Shown here piece after piece: positions 1-8,377 of a stretch of 49,343 nt of DNA. Positions within the stretch are counted from its first letter, which is position 1, and each line of letters begins with the position of its first letter. The notes under the pieces are model-generated. The model was not told where the DNA came from. It saw nothing but the letters and a program-made list of their open reading frames with translations, and did not search any database. Source of the stretch: Actinomycetes bacterium (lineage in GTDB: Bacteria > Actinomycetota > CALGFH01); assembly GCA_045807325.1 (NCBI GenBank), contig JBJMHP010000221.1, positions 1 through 49,343 of the forward strand, read 5' to 3'. The translations under genes and the position numbers were made by a program.

Positions 1-949
1 GCCCCTGCTCGGCGAGCACGGCCGGGTAGACGCCGGTCGCGAGCGAGCGGACCTCGTCGATCGTCGCGTCGACCCCGCCGCCGAGCTCCATCAGCACGTC
101 GGCCTCGCGCGGCGAGTCGGGCCGCAGCCGAGCGGCCGCCAGCTCGAGCTGGATGCGCAGCCCTACGAGCCGTTGCTGCGCGCCGTCGTGCAGGTCACGC
201 TCGATGCGGCGGCGCTCGGCCTCGGCCGAGTCGACGGCCCGATCGCGGCTGGCCTGGAGGGCCTCGACCCTGGCCCGCAGCTGGCTGTCGCTGGGCCCGA
301 GCAGGGCCAGGGCGAGCGCGCCGTGGGCGGTGGCCATGGCCTTGACCGCCCAGGCCGCGACGACGCACAGGGCGGCCCCGACCACGCAGGCCAGGAGCGC
401 CTCGGGCAGGGTGTCGAGCACGAAGTAGCTGCGGTCGCCGTTGCTGAACAGGGCGACCTCGCCGGAGGACGGGATCCAGTACCACAGCGGCGCCGTGAGC
501 CCTCCCAGCCCGAAGCTCCACAGGGTGGTGGTGACCACGAACCAGACAATCCCGAGCGGGAACAGCAGGATCAGGTAGGTGAGGTCCTTCCAGGTGGCGG
601 GGTCGCCGGCCAGCACCCGGGCCCGCCGCCACAGCGACCCGGGGGGGATCGGCCGGTACGGCTCGGGGATGTGGACGCCCAGCATGGCCCGCACCCAGCG
701 GCGCTCCAGCCAGGCCCCGCCCCGCCAGGCCAGCAGGGTCAGGGCCAGCACCAGGACCCCGACCCAGATGATCAGCAGGCCCGCGCCGAGGGCCAGGCCG
801 ACGGACAGGATGCTGAACCAGGCCAGGCCGACGAACATGCTGGCCAGCAGGTAGATCGTGGCCGTCCAGGTGCGGAGCTGGAGCGGCGCGGCCAGCACCC
901 GCCAGATCCCCCCGCCTCCCGGCGTCCCCGCCGCCTGCTCGACCGCCAT
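1..949 (-). CDS. Sensor histidine kinase (hydrophobic sensor region + HisKA_3 phosphoacceptor region), N-terminal part. The C-terminus lies beyond the window start.
   Basis: Minus-strand frame opens at ATG 949 (AAGGAG 6 nt upstream) and runs off position 1, so it is absent from the ORF track. Hand translation gives MAVEQAAGTPGGGGIWRVLAAPLQLRTWTATIYLLASMFVGLAWFSILSVGLALGA... The 3' part reads AERRRIERDLHDGAQQR...DEVRSLATGVYPAVLAEQG, typical of HisKA_3. Confidence 0.75.
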   Translation of the reverse strand, partial: MAVEQAAGTPGGGGIWRVLAAPLQLRTWTATIYLLASMFVGLAWFSILSVGLALGAGLLIIWVGVLVLALTLLAWRGGAWLERRWVRAMLGVHIPEPYRPIPPGSLWRRARVLAGDPATWKDLTYLILLFPLGIVWFVVTTTLWSFGLGGLTAPLWYWIPSSGEVALFSNGDRSYFVLDTLPEALLACVVGAALCVVAAWAVKAMATAHGALALALLGPSDSQLRARVEALQASRDRAVDSAEAERRRIERDLHDGAQQRLVGLRIQLELAAARLRPDSPREADVLMELGGGVDATIDEVRSLATGVYPAVLAEQG

Positions 950-1071
950 CGCCCGCTCCTTGGGTGTCGCCTCGATCTTGCCAGGTCGAGGCTAAGCGGC
1001 GGGGACCCGCCCGCCCATCAGGCAGCCTGGCCAACCCAGGTAGGGACAACCCGAATGGGTCGACGACACCG

Positions 1072-1175
1072 CCGGGGCGTGGACAGCGCCGAGCGTCCAT
1101 CCGCTTGGGGACTGTGGACAGCCCGGGTCGCCGTGGCCGGCGATGGGCTACGCTGGCGCCTGTCGTGGCGGGGGC
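1072..1175 (+). repeat. Bipartite GC-rich dispersed repeat, locus A: a truncated 5' half followed by a full copy.
   Basis: GTGGACAGC occurs at 1079-1087 (truncated copy) and 1114-1122. GGGCTACGCT at 1145-1154 lies exactly 22 nt after the second box. The same boxes and spacing occur at 16114/16145, 17453/17484 and 20058/20089. Confidence 0.7.
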
Positions 1176-1226
1176 TGGTTGAATGGCGCCCGGTCGTCGT
1201 GTACCCGCCACCGTGGAGCCTGCCTC

Positions 1227-1583
1227 ATGTGTACTGCTGTCCGGATTGTCGTTGCCGCCGCCGAAGCGGAGCGGCGGCTTGCGCTGCGTCGGGCCGCGGT
1301 GACGGCCGAGTGGGAGGTGGTGGGTGAGGCCGACGGGCCCGAGGCGGCCTACGCCGAGGCGGTGGAGCGCCGGGCCCGCTTTCTGGTGCTGGACGCCAGT
1401 GCCGCCGGTCCCCGGCCCGAGGTGCTGGTCCGCCGGCTCCGCTCGACCAGCCCGAACGCCTTCGTGGTCGGGGTCGGCGAGGTCCAGGGGGTCGACGCCA
1501 CCGTCGCCGCCGACGCCCTCGAGGGCCTGCGCGACGTCATGCGTGACCTGCTGCACGAGAGCGGCGACCACCAGCACGCCTGA
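1227..1583 (+). CDS. Stand-alone receiver-like (pseudo-receiver) domain protein with no output domain.
   Basis: ATG at 1227 with GGAG about 8 nt upstream. Translation VRIVVAAAEAERR...WEVVGEADGPEAAYAEAVERRARFLVLDASAAG...AFVVGVGE follows the REC-domain pattern. The acidic pocket (DD) is AA, and the conserved T/S and K positions are not evident. Confidence 0.5.
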   Translation: MCTAVRIVVAAAEAERRLALRRAAVTAEWEVVGEADGPEAAYAEAVERRARFLVLDASAAGPRPEVLVRRLRSTSPNAFVVGVGEVQGVDATVAADALEGLRDVMRDLLHESGDHQHA

Positions 1584-1610
1584 GCGCGACCCGCTCGGGA
1601 TGGGGGCCGG

Positions 1611-1721
1611 GTGGCGCCGGTCCCAGGCGGTCACGACGGCCGAGAACTCGGGATGGTGGGAGCCGGGCAGGACCAGGAACCCGAACGTGCGGAAGTGGTC
1701 GATCTGCGCATCGGTGAGCAT
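1611..1721 (-). pseudogene. N-terminal relic of a phytanoyl-CoA dioxygenase (PhyH)-like gene.
   Basis: ATG at 1721. MLTDAQIDHFRTFGFLVLPGSHHPEFSAVVTAWDRRH matches the usual PhyH-family N-terminus. The frame then degenerates into antisense of the receiver-like gene with no dioxygenase motifs. Confidence 0.4.
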
Positions 1722-1739
1722 GCCGGCACCCCGGCCGAA

Positions 1740-2261
1740 TTATCGCAGTGCGGTCTGGCGGGTGCGGTACGGGGCGGCCAGGTGGCGGCCGCCGGGGGCG
1801 GTGTGGCGGCCCTGGTAGGCGAAGGCGATCAGCACCAGGACGCCGAGGGTGAAGGAGCTGAGGCCGACGCCGACCAGGGGGAGGGTCCGGTTGGGGCCGG
1901 TGTAGGCAAGGGGGCAGGAGCGGGCCAGGGAGTGCTCGACCCAGGCCAGTGGGGTCGCCTTGCCGGGGGTGCGGACGACGGCCCGGACGGCGCGCATGCC
2001 GCTCAGGGAGACCTTGGCCTGCCACTCGAAGGTGCCGGCGGTGGTGGTGGTGATCCGGCCGCGGGACAGGGTGCGGTCGGAGGCGGGGTCGACCAGGGCC
2101 ACGTCCAGGCGGGTCCGCTCGGGCATGCCGGTGCCCATGGTGGTGGCGCCGTCGCAGGTCAGGTCGTCGAGGCCGACGTAGGTGACGGCGCTCGCGGGCT
2201 GGGCGAGGGCGAGGAGGGCGAACGCGGTCAGGCCGATCGTGGTTGCTCGGCGCCACCGCAT
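1740..2261 (-). CDS. Secreted cell-wall-anchored protein with an LAXTG (class E sortase) sorting signal.
   Basis: Internal ATG at 2261 is preceded by AGGAGGAG. Signal peptide: MRWRRATTIGLTAFALLALAQPASA. C-terminus: LAYTG + hydrophobic LPLVGVGLSSFTLGVLVLIAFAY + basic tail. Confidence 0.7.
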   Translation of the reverse strand: MRWRRATTIGLTAFALLALAQPASAVTYVGLDDLTCDGATTMGTGMPERTRLDVALVDPASDRTLSRGRITTTTAGTFEWQAKVSLSGMRAVRAVVRTPGKATPLAWVEHSLARSCPLAYTGPNRTLPLVGVGLSSFTLGVLVLIAFAYQGRHTAPGGRHLAAPYRTRQTALR

Positions 2262-2422
2262 GAGAACCGACTCCTCCTGTGTGTCGGCGTCCGGTCGCCG
2301 CACGCCCATGCCGCGCGGTCTCCCGGAGAGCCTGCGCTCTCTTGACGATACGGAAACCTGCCCAGACGGACGCATCCGCAACACTACGGAACCATACGTA
2401 TGGATCGGCCGGTTCGGCCGGG

Positions 2423-3136
2423 TCACTCCTCGGTCTGGAGGTCGGCCGAGTCGACCAGCAGGCGGCCCCGGCCGGGGAGGTCCTGGGCGACGACCTCGAG
2501 CGACAGGCTGGAGCCGGGCGCGGCGGTGCGGTGCTCGACGGCCAGCTGCCGCCAGCGGCCGCCGGGCAGGGTGTAGCCGGCCTGGTCGGCGCTGACCTCG
2601 CGGCCGCCGGCGAGCTCGCGCAGGGCCAGGACGACCTGGCCGCCGTCGGGGGCGAGGACCCAGACCACGCCCTCGTAGGTGGTGTCGGCCCGGGTGGTGG
2701 CCGCGTCCCGCCGGACCAGGCCGGCCGGGCGCCCGGAGGACGGGCCTGGCGCGACCGCGACCGCCCAGCGGCCCGACGCCCCGCCCTGGACCCGCTGGAG
2801 GGTGGCCCGGCCCAGGGCCGTCCAGCCGCCCAGGTCGCGCTCGAAGTCGCCGTCGGCGAGGAGGTTGCCCGGGGTGGGGCGGATCGGCTGGGGCGCCGGG
2901 CCGGTGGTGGTCGGGCCCGTGGTTGCCGGGGCGGTGGTGGCGGCGGCCTGGGCCCGGGTGGTGGCCGGCCCGGCGGGCCCGCGGGCGGTCCCGGTGTCGC
3001 GGGTCAGCAGGGCGATCACGGCCGAGATGGCGGCCAGGCTGAGCATGGCCACCAGGAACAGCTGCTGCAGCGGGGACAGGCCGAACCGCCTGGAGGGTTC
3101 GGCCAGGTGCCTGGGACGGGAGGCACGGTCAGCCAT
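2423..3136 (-). CDS. Membrane-anchored protein with a Pro/Thr-rich linker and a CBM4/9-like beta-sandwich domain.
   Basis: ATG at 3136 (MADRAS...). TM segment LFLVAMLSLAAISAVIALL, then a T/P/A-rich linker. NLLADGDFERDLGGWTALG...VDSADL resembles carbohydrate-binding-module starts. Confidence 0.6.
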   Translation of the reverse strand: MADRASRPRHLAEPSRRFGLSPLQQLFLVAMLSLAAISAVIALLTRDTGTARGPAGPATTRAQAAATTAPATTGPTTTGPAPQPIRPTPGNLLADGDFERDLGGWTALGRATLQRVQGGASGRWAVAVAPGPSSGRPAGLVRRDAATTRADTTYEGVVWVLAPDGGQVVLALRELAGGREVSADQAGYTLPGGRWRQLAVEHRTAAPGSSLSLEVVAQDLPGRGRLLVDSADLQTEE

Positions 3137-3181
3137 GCGCGAATACTGGGCCGCCCGAGGCCGGCCCGGCAACAACGGGAC

Positions 3182-3201
3182 GCCGCGGCCCCGTCCGCGG
3201 C
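3182..3201 (-). terminator. GC hairpin downstream of nusB (possible intrinsic terminator).
   Basis: GCCGCGG-ccccgt-CCGCGGC, a 7-bp stem. On the minus strand it is followed by GTCCCGTTGTTG, a weak U tract. Confidence 0.35.
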
Positions 3202-3213
3202 CCGGTCGCCGCC

Positions 3214-3642
3214 TCAGCCGCCGCGGACCTGGGAGGCGATCTGGGCCAGCACGCCGTTCACGAACCGGCCCGAGTCGGCGGTGGAGAGCAGCTTGGCCAG
3301 CTCGATCGCCTCGTCGAGGACGACCGCGGTGGGGACCTCGGGCCGGGCGGCCAGCTCGAAGGCGGCCAGGCGGAGCAGGTTGCGGTCGACCAGCGGCATC
3401 CGCTCGATCGTCCAGTGCTCGGCGGCGTCGGTGATGCGGGCGTCCAGCTCGGGCAGGAGCCCGGCGACGCCGTCGACCAGCTCGACGGTGTAGGCGTCGG
3501 GGGCGCCGGCCTCGGGGTCATGGCGGTGGCGGGCCAGGACCTCGGCCACGGGCCGGTCCAACAGGTCGGCCTCGAACAGGATGTCGAGGGCGCGCCGGCG
3601 CGCGGCCGAGCGGGTGCCTGGCGCGGTCACCTCGTCGCTCAC
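3214..3642 (-). CDS. nusB: Transcription antitermination factor NusB.
   Basis: 142 aa. [14 protein letters not shown]...[18 protein letters not shown]...[26 protein letters not shown] is the characteristic NusB sequence. 4-nt overlap with efp. Confidence 0.95.
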   Translation of the reverse strand: MSDEVTAPGTRSAARRRALDILFEADLLDRPVAEVLARHRHDPEAGAPDAYTVELVDGVAGLLPELDARITDAAEHWTIERMPLVDRNLLRLAAFELAARPEVPTAVVLDEAIELAKLLSTADSGRFVNGVLAQIASQVRGG

Positions 3643-4199
3643 TGCACTCGGGTCAGGTACGCCCCCGAGCGGGTGTCGACCTTGATCCGGTCGCCGGTCT
3701 CCACGAACAGCGGCACCTGGACCAGGGCGCCGGTCTCGACGGTGGCCGGCTTGGTCGCGCCCGAGACCCGGTCGCCCTTGACGCCGGGCTCGGTCTCGGT
3801 CACCTCGAGCTCGACCGCGGCCGGGAGCTCGACCCCGATGGCGGTGCCCTCGTAGAAGGTCACGTAGGGGGTGGCGCCGTCGCTGAGCCAGTTGGCGGCG
3901 CCGCCGACCGCGTCGGCGTCGACCGCCGACTGGTCGTAGGTCTGGGTGTCCATGAAGTGGAAGCCGGTGTCGTCGCGGTACAGGTACTGCATCTCCCGCT
4001 TCTCGAGGATGGCCACCTCGACCGGCTCGTCGGCCCGGAAGGTCTTGTCCAGGGTGCGCCCGGTGCGGACGTTCTTGAGCTTGGTGCGGACGAACGCGCC
4101 GCCCTTGCCCGGCTTCACGTGCTGGAACTCGACGACGTTCATGAGGTTGCCGTCGAGGTTGAGCGTCATGCCGTTCTTGAGGTCATTGGTGGTCGCCAT
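3639..4199 (-). CDS. efp: Elongation factor P.
   Basis: 186 aa. [47 protein letters not shown]... is canonical EF-P. Confidence 0.97.
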   Translation of the reverse strand: MATTNDLKNGMTLNLDGNLMNVVEFQHVKPGKGGAFVRTKLKNVRTGRTLDKTFRADEPVEVAILEKREMQYLYRDDTGFHFMDTQTYDQSAVDADAVGGAANWLSDGATPYVTFYEGTAIGVELPAAVELEVTETEPGVKGDRVSGATKPATVETGALVQVPLFVETGDRIKVDTRSGAYLTRVQ

Positions 4200-4203
4200 T
4201 CCG

Positions 4204-5874
4204 TCACCCTACCAGGTGTCGGTCGACCACCTGGGCCAGCACGGTCAGCGGGACGCCGCCGGTGCCCAGCACCAGGTCGTGGAAGGCGCGCAGGTCGAAG
4301 CGGCCGCCCAGGCGGTCCTGGGCCAGGCCCCGGAGTCGGACCAGCTCGAGGCGGCCGACCATGTAGGCCAGGGCCTGGCCGGGATCGGCCACGTAGCGGT
4401 CGACCTCGTTCTCGATGTTGGTCCGGGTGAGGGCGGAGTTGGCCAGCAGGTAGTCGATCGCCTGGTCGCGGCCCCAGCCGAAGGCGTGCATGCCGGTGTC
4501 GACCACCAGCCGGCAGGCCCGCCAGCTGTCGAACGACAGCATGCCGAAGCGCTCCAGGTCGCCCGAGTAGAGGCCGAGCTCGTCGGCCAGCCGCTCGGTG
4601 TACAGGGCCCAGCCCTCGCTGAAGGCGGTGACGTAGCCGAAGCGCCGGAACCGGGGCAGCTCCTCCAGCTCCTGGGCCAGGGCGAACTGGACGTGGTGGC
4701 CGGGCACGCTCTCGTGGAAGGCCAGGGCCTCGTACTCGTAGCGGGTCCGGGTCTCGGGGGCCGAGGTGTTGAGCCAGTGGACGCCCGGGTGGCTGCCGTC
4801 AGCGGCCGGCGGTTGGTAGTAGCCGAGCACGGAGTCCCTGGCCTCATAGGCGCTCATTTCGTCGACCCGGCAGGGGGCCTTGGGCACCCGGCCGACGACC
4901 GCCGGCAGGGCGGCGGTGGCCCGCGCCAGGGCGTCGCGGCCGGAGGCGAGGATCTCGGCCGCGGTCCCGAACCGCAGCGCCGGGTCGTCGCGCAGCCGGT
5001 GGAGGATCTGCTCCATGTCGGCGGTGCCGAGCACCCTGGCGCCCAGCTCCCGGTACTCGTCGGTCAGCCCGGCGACCAGGTCGAGGCCCAGCTGGTGGAG
5101 CTCGGCCGGGTCGCGGTCGGTGGTGGTGTGCCGGCCGACGGCGGCCAGGTAGACCGCCTCGCCGCCGGGGACGTGGGCCAGGCCGCAGCGGTCGTCGGGG
5201 CGGGCGCGGTCGGTGACCTGGCCGGCCAGCAGGTCGCGGTAGCGGGCCATGGCCGGCCGGACCGACCCGGCGACGATCTCGGCCAGCCGGTCGCGGAACC
5301 TGCCGGCGTCGACGCCCGGCGGGGGCGGCGGCACCAGCAGCGGGTCGTCGGCGACCGGGCCGGCCAGGTAGGTGTCGAGCTGGAGGATGGCCGCGCGGAC
5401 ACCCAGGGCCGGCGGGGTGCGGCCGTTGGCCAGCCCGGCCCGCAGCCGGTCGCCGGCCTGGTCCAGACAGCCGCCCAGCTTGGCGCAGCGCTCGGTGTAG
5501 TCGGCGGCCTGGGCTGGCGTGGCCAGGGCGACCTTGGGGACCAGGCCGAGCACGGCTGTCTGGATGCCGCTCTGGGTGGCCGACACGGTCAGCTCGGGCC
5601 AGCGGGCGGCCAGCTCGGCCCGGCGGTCGGCCAGGCCGCGGCCCAGCATGGCCAGGGTGATGCGGTCCTGGGGGTCGAGCGGGGCGCCGTCGATCCCGGC
5701 CAGCCGGCGCTGCAGGTCGGCCAGCCGGCGGTCGGTCTCGGCCTCGGCCGCCTCCGACAGGTCGGGGACCTCGGCGTCCCAGCCGTGGACCCCGTACACG
5801 GTGGCCTCGAACGGCGAGGCGTCCATGGTCACCTGGAAGTACCGCTCGGCCAGCTCGGCCAGGTCGCGGTTCAC
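4204..5874 (-). CDS. DUF885 family protein.
   Basis: ORF 4204..6012. DUF885-like sequence runs throughout ([31 protein letters not shown]). Homology starts at [13 protein letters not shown], so the likely start is GTG 5874. The upstream ORF part overlaps the IS left end. Confidence 0.85.
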   Translation of the reverse strand: MNRDLAELAERYFQVTMDASPFEATVYGVHGWDAEVPDLSEAAEAETDRRLADLQRRLAGIDGAPLDPQDRITLAMLGRGLADRRAELAARWPELTVSATQSGIQTAVLGLVPKVALATPAQAADYTERCAKLGGCLDQAGDRLRAGLANGRTPPALGVRAAILQLDTYLAGPVADDPLLVPPPPPGVDAGRFRDRLAEIVAGSVRPAMARYRDLLAGQVTDRARPDDRCGLAHVPGGEAVYLAAVGRHTTTDRDPAELHQLGLDLVAGLTDEYRELGARVLGTADMEQILHRLRDDPALRFGTAAEILASGRDALARATAALPAVVGRVPKAPCRVDEMSAYEARDSVLGYYQPPAADGSHPGVHWLNTSAPETRTRYEYEALAFHESVPGHHVQFALAQELEELPRFRRFGYVTAFSEGWALYTERLADELGLYSGDLERFGMLSFDSWRACRLVVDTGMHAFGWGRDQAIDYLLANSALTRTNIENEVDRYVADPGQALAYMVGRLELVRLRGLAQDRLGGRFDLRAFHDLVLGTGGVPLTVLAQVVDRHLVG

Positions 5875-7244
5875 CGCGCCTGCGGCGTGGCGGCCTCGGC
5901 CTTCCGGCCAGGGGCTCCACGCCGCTCCCTCCCTTCGTTGTCGCAGGTAGCTGCTAGGTTCCGGTGATGAGCCGCTACCGCCTGTACCCCACCGCCGCGC
6001 AGGAGAAAGCACTCCTGGAGCACTGTGCGCACGCCCGGTACGTGTGGAACCTGGCGGTGGAGCAGCGCGAGTGGTGGCAGCCCGGCCGCCCGGTGCCAGG
6101 GTACAGCGAGCAGTGCCGGCAGCTTTCGGAGGCCCGGGCCGCGTCCCCGTGGCTGGCGACGGGCAGCGTGATCGTCCAACAGCAAGCCTTGCGGGACTTT
6201 CACGCCGCCTACGCCGCCTGGTTCGCTTCGCTCAAGCAGTGGCGCATGCGCCACGCCATCACGCCGCCGGAGCAGCGGCCAGCCGCACCGTCCCCGCCGT
6301 CGTGGCGCAAACGCGGACGCCGCGAAGGCTTCCGGATCGTCGCCGTCGACCCCCAGGACGTGCGGCGCGTGAGCCGCGGTTGGGGTGTGGTGCTGGTCCC
6401 CAAGCTCGGCTGGGTCAGGTTCCGCTGGTCCCGTGCCGTGCCCGCCGCCAGGTCCTACCGGGTTACCCGGGACCGCGCCGGCCGCTGGTATGTCGCCTTC
6501 GCGGCAGTCCCACCCGCCATCCCCGCGCCCGGCAACGGCCAAGTGGTCGGGGTCGACCGGGGCGTTGCAGTGTCGGTCGCGCTTTCGACCGGTAAGTTGC
6601 TCAAGGCTCCTGGGCTGCGCCCGGGCGAGCGGCTGCGGCTTCGGCTGCTGGAGCGCCGCCTGGCCCGCCAGCGCACGGGGTCGCGCCGCCGGGAGAAGAC
6701 CAGGCTCGCTATCGCCCGCCTCAAGGTCAGGCAGACCGACCGTCGCCGGGACTGGACCGAGCAGGTCAGCACCGACCTCGCGCGGCGGTTCGACTTGATC
6801 TGCGTCGAGGACCTGGACGTGCGGGCGCTGACCCGCAGCGCCAGCGGCACCGTCGAGCAGCCTGGCCGCAACGTCCGGCAGAAGGCCGGGCTGAACCAGG
6901 CGATCCTCGCCGCCGGGTGGGGCGGGTTGGTGAACCGGCTGGAGCACAAGGCTCCTGGCCGGGTCGTGAAGATCCCCGCCGCCTATACCAGTCAGCGCTG
7001 CTCGGCGTGCGGGCACGTGGCAGCGGAGAGCCGCCAGAGCCAAACGGCCTACCGCTGTGTCGCCTGCGCATGGACCGGCAACGCGGACTACAACGCGGCC
7101 AGGAACATCGCGGCGGCCGGACAGGTCGTTGCTGCGCGGGGAGGCCAGGAATCGCCCGGGCCGCTGAACCGCGAACCACCCACGCTCGGGGTTGTCGCCT
7201 AGCCCGTGGGAATCCCTGTCCGGCCAGGGCAGGGAGGATGTCAA
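5875..7244 (+). mobile_element. IS200/IS605-family (IS1341-type) element carrying only tnpB.
   Basis: TTCAC (5870-5874) is followed by an imperfect left-end palindrome, GCGGCGTGG...CCACGCCGC (5882-5925). Right end is GGGAATCC (7208-7215)-N20-GGATGTCAA (7236-7244). Its termini parallel those of the second element at 22465-24086. Confidence 0.8.
5964..7202 (+). CDS. tnpB: TnpB (RNA-guided endonuclease, IS605 OrfB family).
   Basis: 412 aa. SRYRLYPTAAQEKALLEH N-terminus. RuvC motifs VGVDRG, ICVEDL and NADYNAARNI. Zinc finger CSACG...CVAC. GTG 5964 / ATG 5967 lie 7 nt after TAGGTT (5955-5960). Confidence 0.92.
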   Translation: MMSRYRLYPTAAQEKALLEHCAHARYVWNLAVEQREWWQPGRPVPGYSEQCRQLSEARAASPWLATGSVIVQQQALRDFHAAYAAWFASLKQWRMRHAITPPEQRPAAPSPPSWRKRGRREGFRIVAVDPQDVRRVSRGWGVVLVPKLGWVRFRWSRAVPAARSYRVTRDRAGRWYVAFAAVPPAIPAPGNGQVVGVDRGVAVSVALSTGKLLKAPGLRPGERLRLRLLERRLARQRTGSRRREKTRLAIARLKVRQTDRRRDWTEQVSTDLARRFDLICVEDLDVRALTRSASGTVEQPGRNVRQKAGLNQAILAAGWGGLVNRLEHKAPGRVVKIPAAYTSQRCSACGHVAAESRQSQTAYRCVACAWTGNADYNAARNIAAAGQVVAARGGQESPGPLNREPPTLGVVA

Positions 7245-7260
7245 AGCTCCAGCAGCTCCT
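7060..7260 (+). ncRNA. Predicted TnpB omega RNA (reRNA) scaffold plus flanking guide. Extent is approximate.
   Basis: By analogy with characterised IS605 TnpB systems, the scaffold overlaps the tnpB 3' end and the right-end hairpin (CCCTG...CAGGG, 7214-7234). The guide would be the flank after TCAA (AGCTCCAGCAGCTCCT). No direct evidence. Confidence 0.35.
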
Positions 7261-8329
7261 TGGGGGTGGTGGTGAGCAGCTCGTGGCCGCCGGGGCGGGC
7301 CACGGCCAGGTCCTCGATGCGGACCCCGCCGAACCCGGGCAGGTAGACGCCGGGCTCGACGGTGACCGGGGTGCCGGCGGCGATGCGGTCCCGTGAGCCG
7401 GCCCGCAGCCGGGGGGCCTCGTGGATCTCCAGGCCGATCCCGTGGCCGGTGGGGTGCGGGAAGGAGTCGCCCAGCCCGGCCTCGGTGATCGGCTGGCGGC
7501 AGGCCCGGTCGACCTCGCCGCCGGCCACCCCGGCCTGCAGGCAGGCCAGCCCGGCCGCCTGGGCGCCGCGGACCAGCTCGTGCAGGTCGCGCTGGCGCTG
7601 GGAGGCCCGGCCGAGCACGACCGTGCGGGTCATGTCGGCGCAGTAGCCGTCGACCCGGCCCCCGAAGTCGAGCTTGACCAGGTCACCGGCGGCCAGCGGC
7701 CGGTCGCCGGGGCGGTGGTGGGGCTCGGCGGCCTGCTCACCGAAGGCGACGATGGTTCCGAAGGCCAGGCCGTCGGCGCCCAGGCGGCGCATGGCCAGCT
7801 CCAGGTCGACCGCGACCTGGCGTTCGGTCATGCCGGCCCGCAGGGTCGGGAGCAGCCCGGCCAGGGCCTCGTCGCCGAGCCGGGCCGCCTCGCGCATGGC
7901 GGCCAGCTCGCGCTCGTCCTTGACCTCGCGCAGCTCCTCGACCAGGGGCGGGGCCGGCATGACGGCCTGGCCGGGCAGGCCCGAGCGCAGCCGCTGGCCC
8001 TCACCCCAGGTGAGCCCGGCCGGCTCGAAGCCGAGGCCGTCGCCGGAGGTGCGCACCACCCCGCCGACGGCCCCGACCAGGTCGCCGGGGGCGAGCACGA
8101 CCTCGGCCCCGGGGACCTCGGCCTCGGCCTGGTGGCGGTAGCGGCCGTCGGTGAAGAACACGGTGCGGTCGTGCAGCAGCAGCAGGGCTCCGTAGGTGCC
8201 GGTGAAGCCGGTCAGGTAGCGGACGTTGGCCGGCCTGGTGACCAGCAGGGCCGACAGGTCGGCGTGGGCCAGCAGGCCGCGCAGGGCCTGGCGTCTGGCC
8301 TCGGTGTAGGCATGACCGTCGTTGGGCAC
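7241..8329 (-). CDS. Xaa-Pro aminopeptidase/dipeptidase (M24B family).
   Basis: ORF 7241..8371. M24 motifs DFGGRVDGYCADMTRT, HPTGHGIGLEIHE, VEPGVYLPGFGGVRIED. The preferred start is GTG 8329, preceded by GGGGAAAGGA. ATG 8371 is an alternative. Confidence 0.9.
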   Translation of the reverse strand: MPNDGHAYTEARRQALRGLLAHADLSALLVTRPANVRYLTGFTGTYGALLLLHDRTVFFTDGRYRHQAEAEVPGAEVVLAPGDLVGAVGGVVRTSGDGLGFEPAGLTWGEGQRLRSGLPGQAVMPAPPLVEELREVKDERELAAMREAARLGDEALAGLLPTLRAGMTERQVAVDLELAMRRLGADGLAFGTIVAFGEQAAEPHHRPGDRPLAAGDLVKLDFGGRVDGYCADMTRTVVLGRASQRQRDLHELVRGAQAAGLACLQAGVAGGEVDRACRQPITEAGLGDSFPHPTGHGIGLEIHEAPRLRAGSRDRIAAGTPVTVEPGVYLPGFGGVRIEDLAVARPGGHELLTTTPKELLEL

Positions 8330-8377
8330 GCGTGATCCTTTCCCCCGGGCTGCCCCGGTCCATCTTGCCAACCCGGC

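Noticed and set aside
7203-7240. Rho-independent terminator of tnpB or the peptidase gene.
   Set aside because: The hairpin is better explained as the conserved IS right-end structure, with the same spacing in the second element. It is not followed by a U tract.
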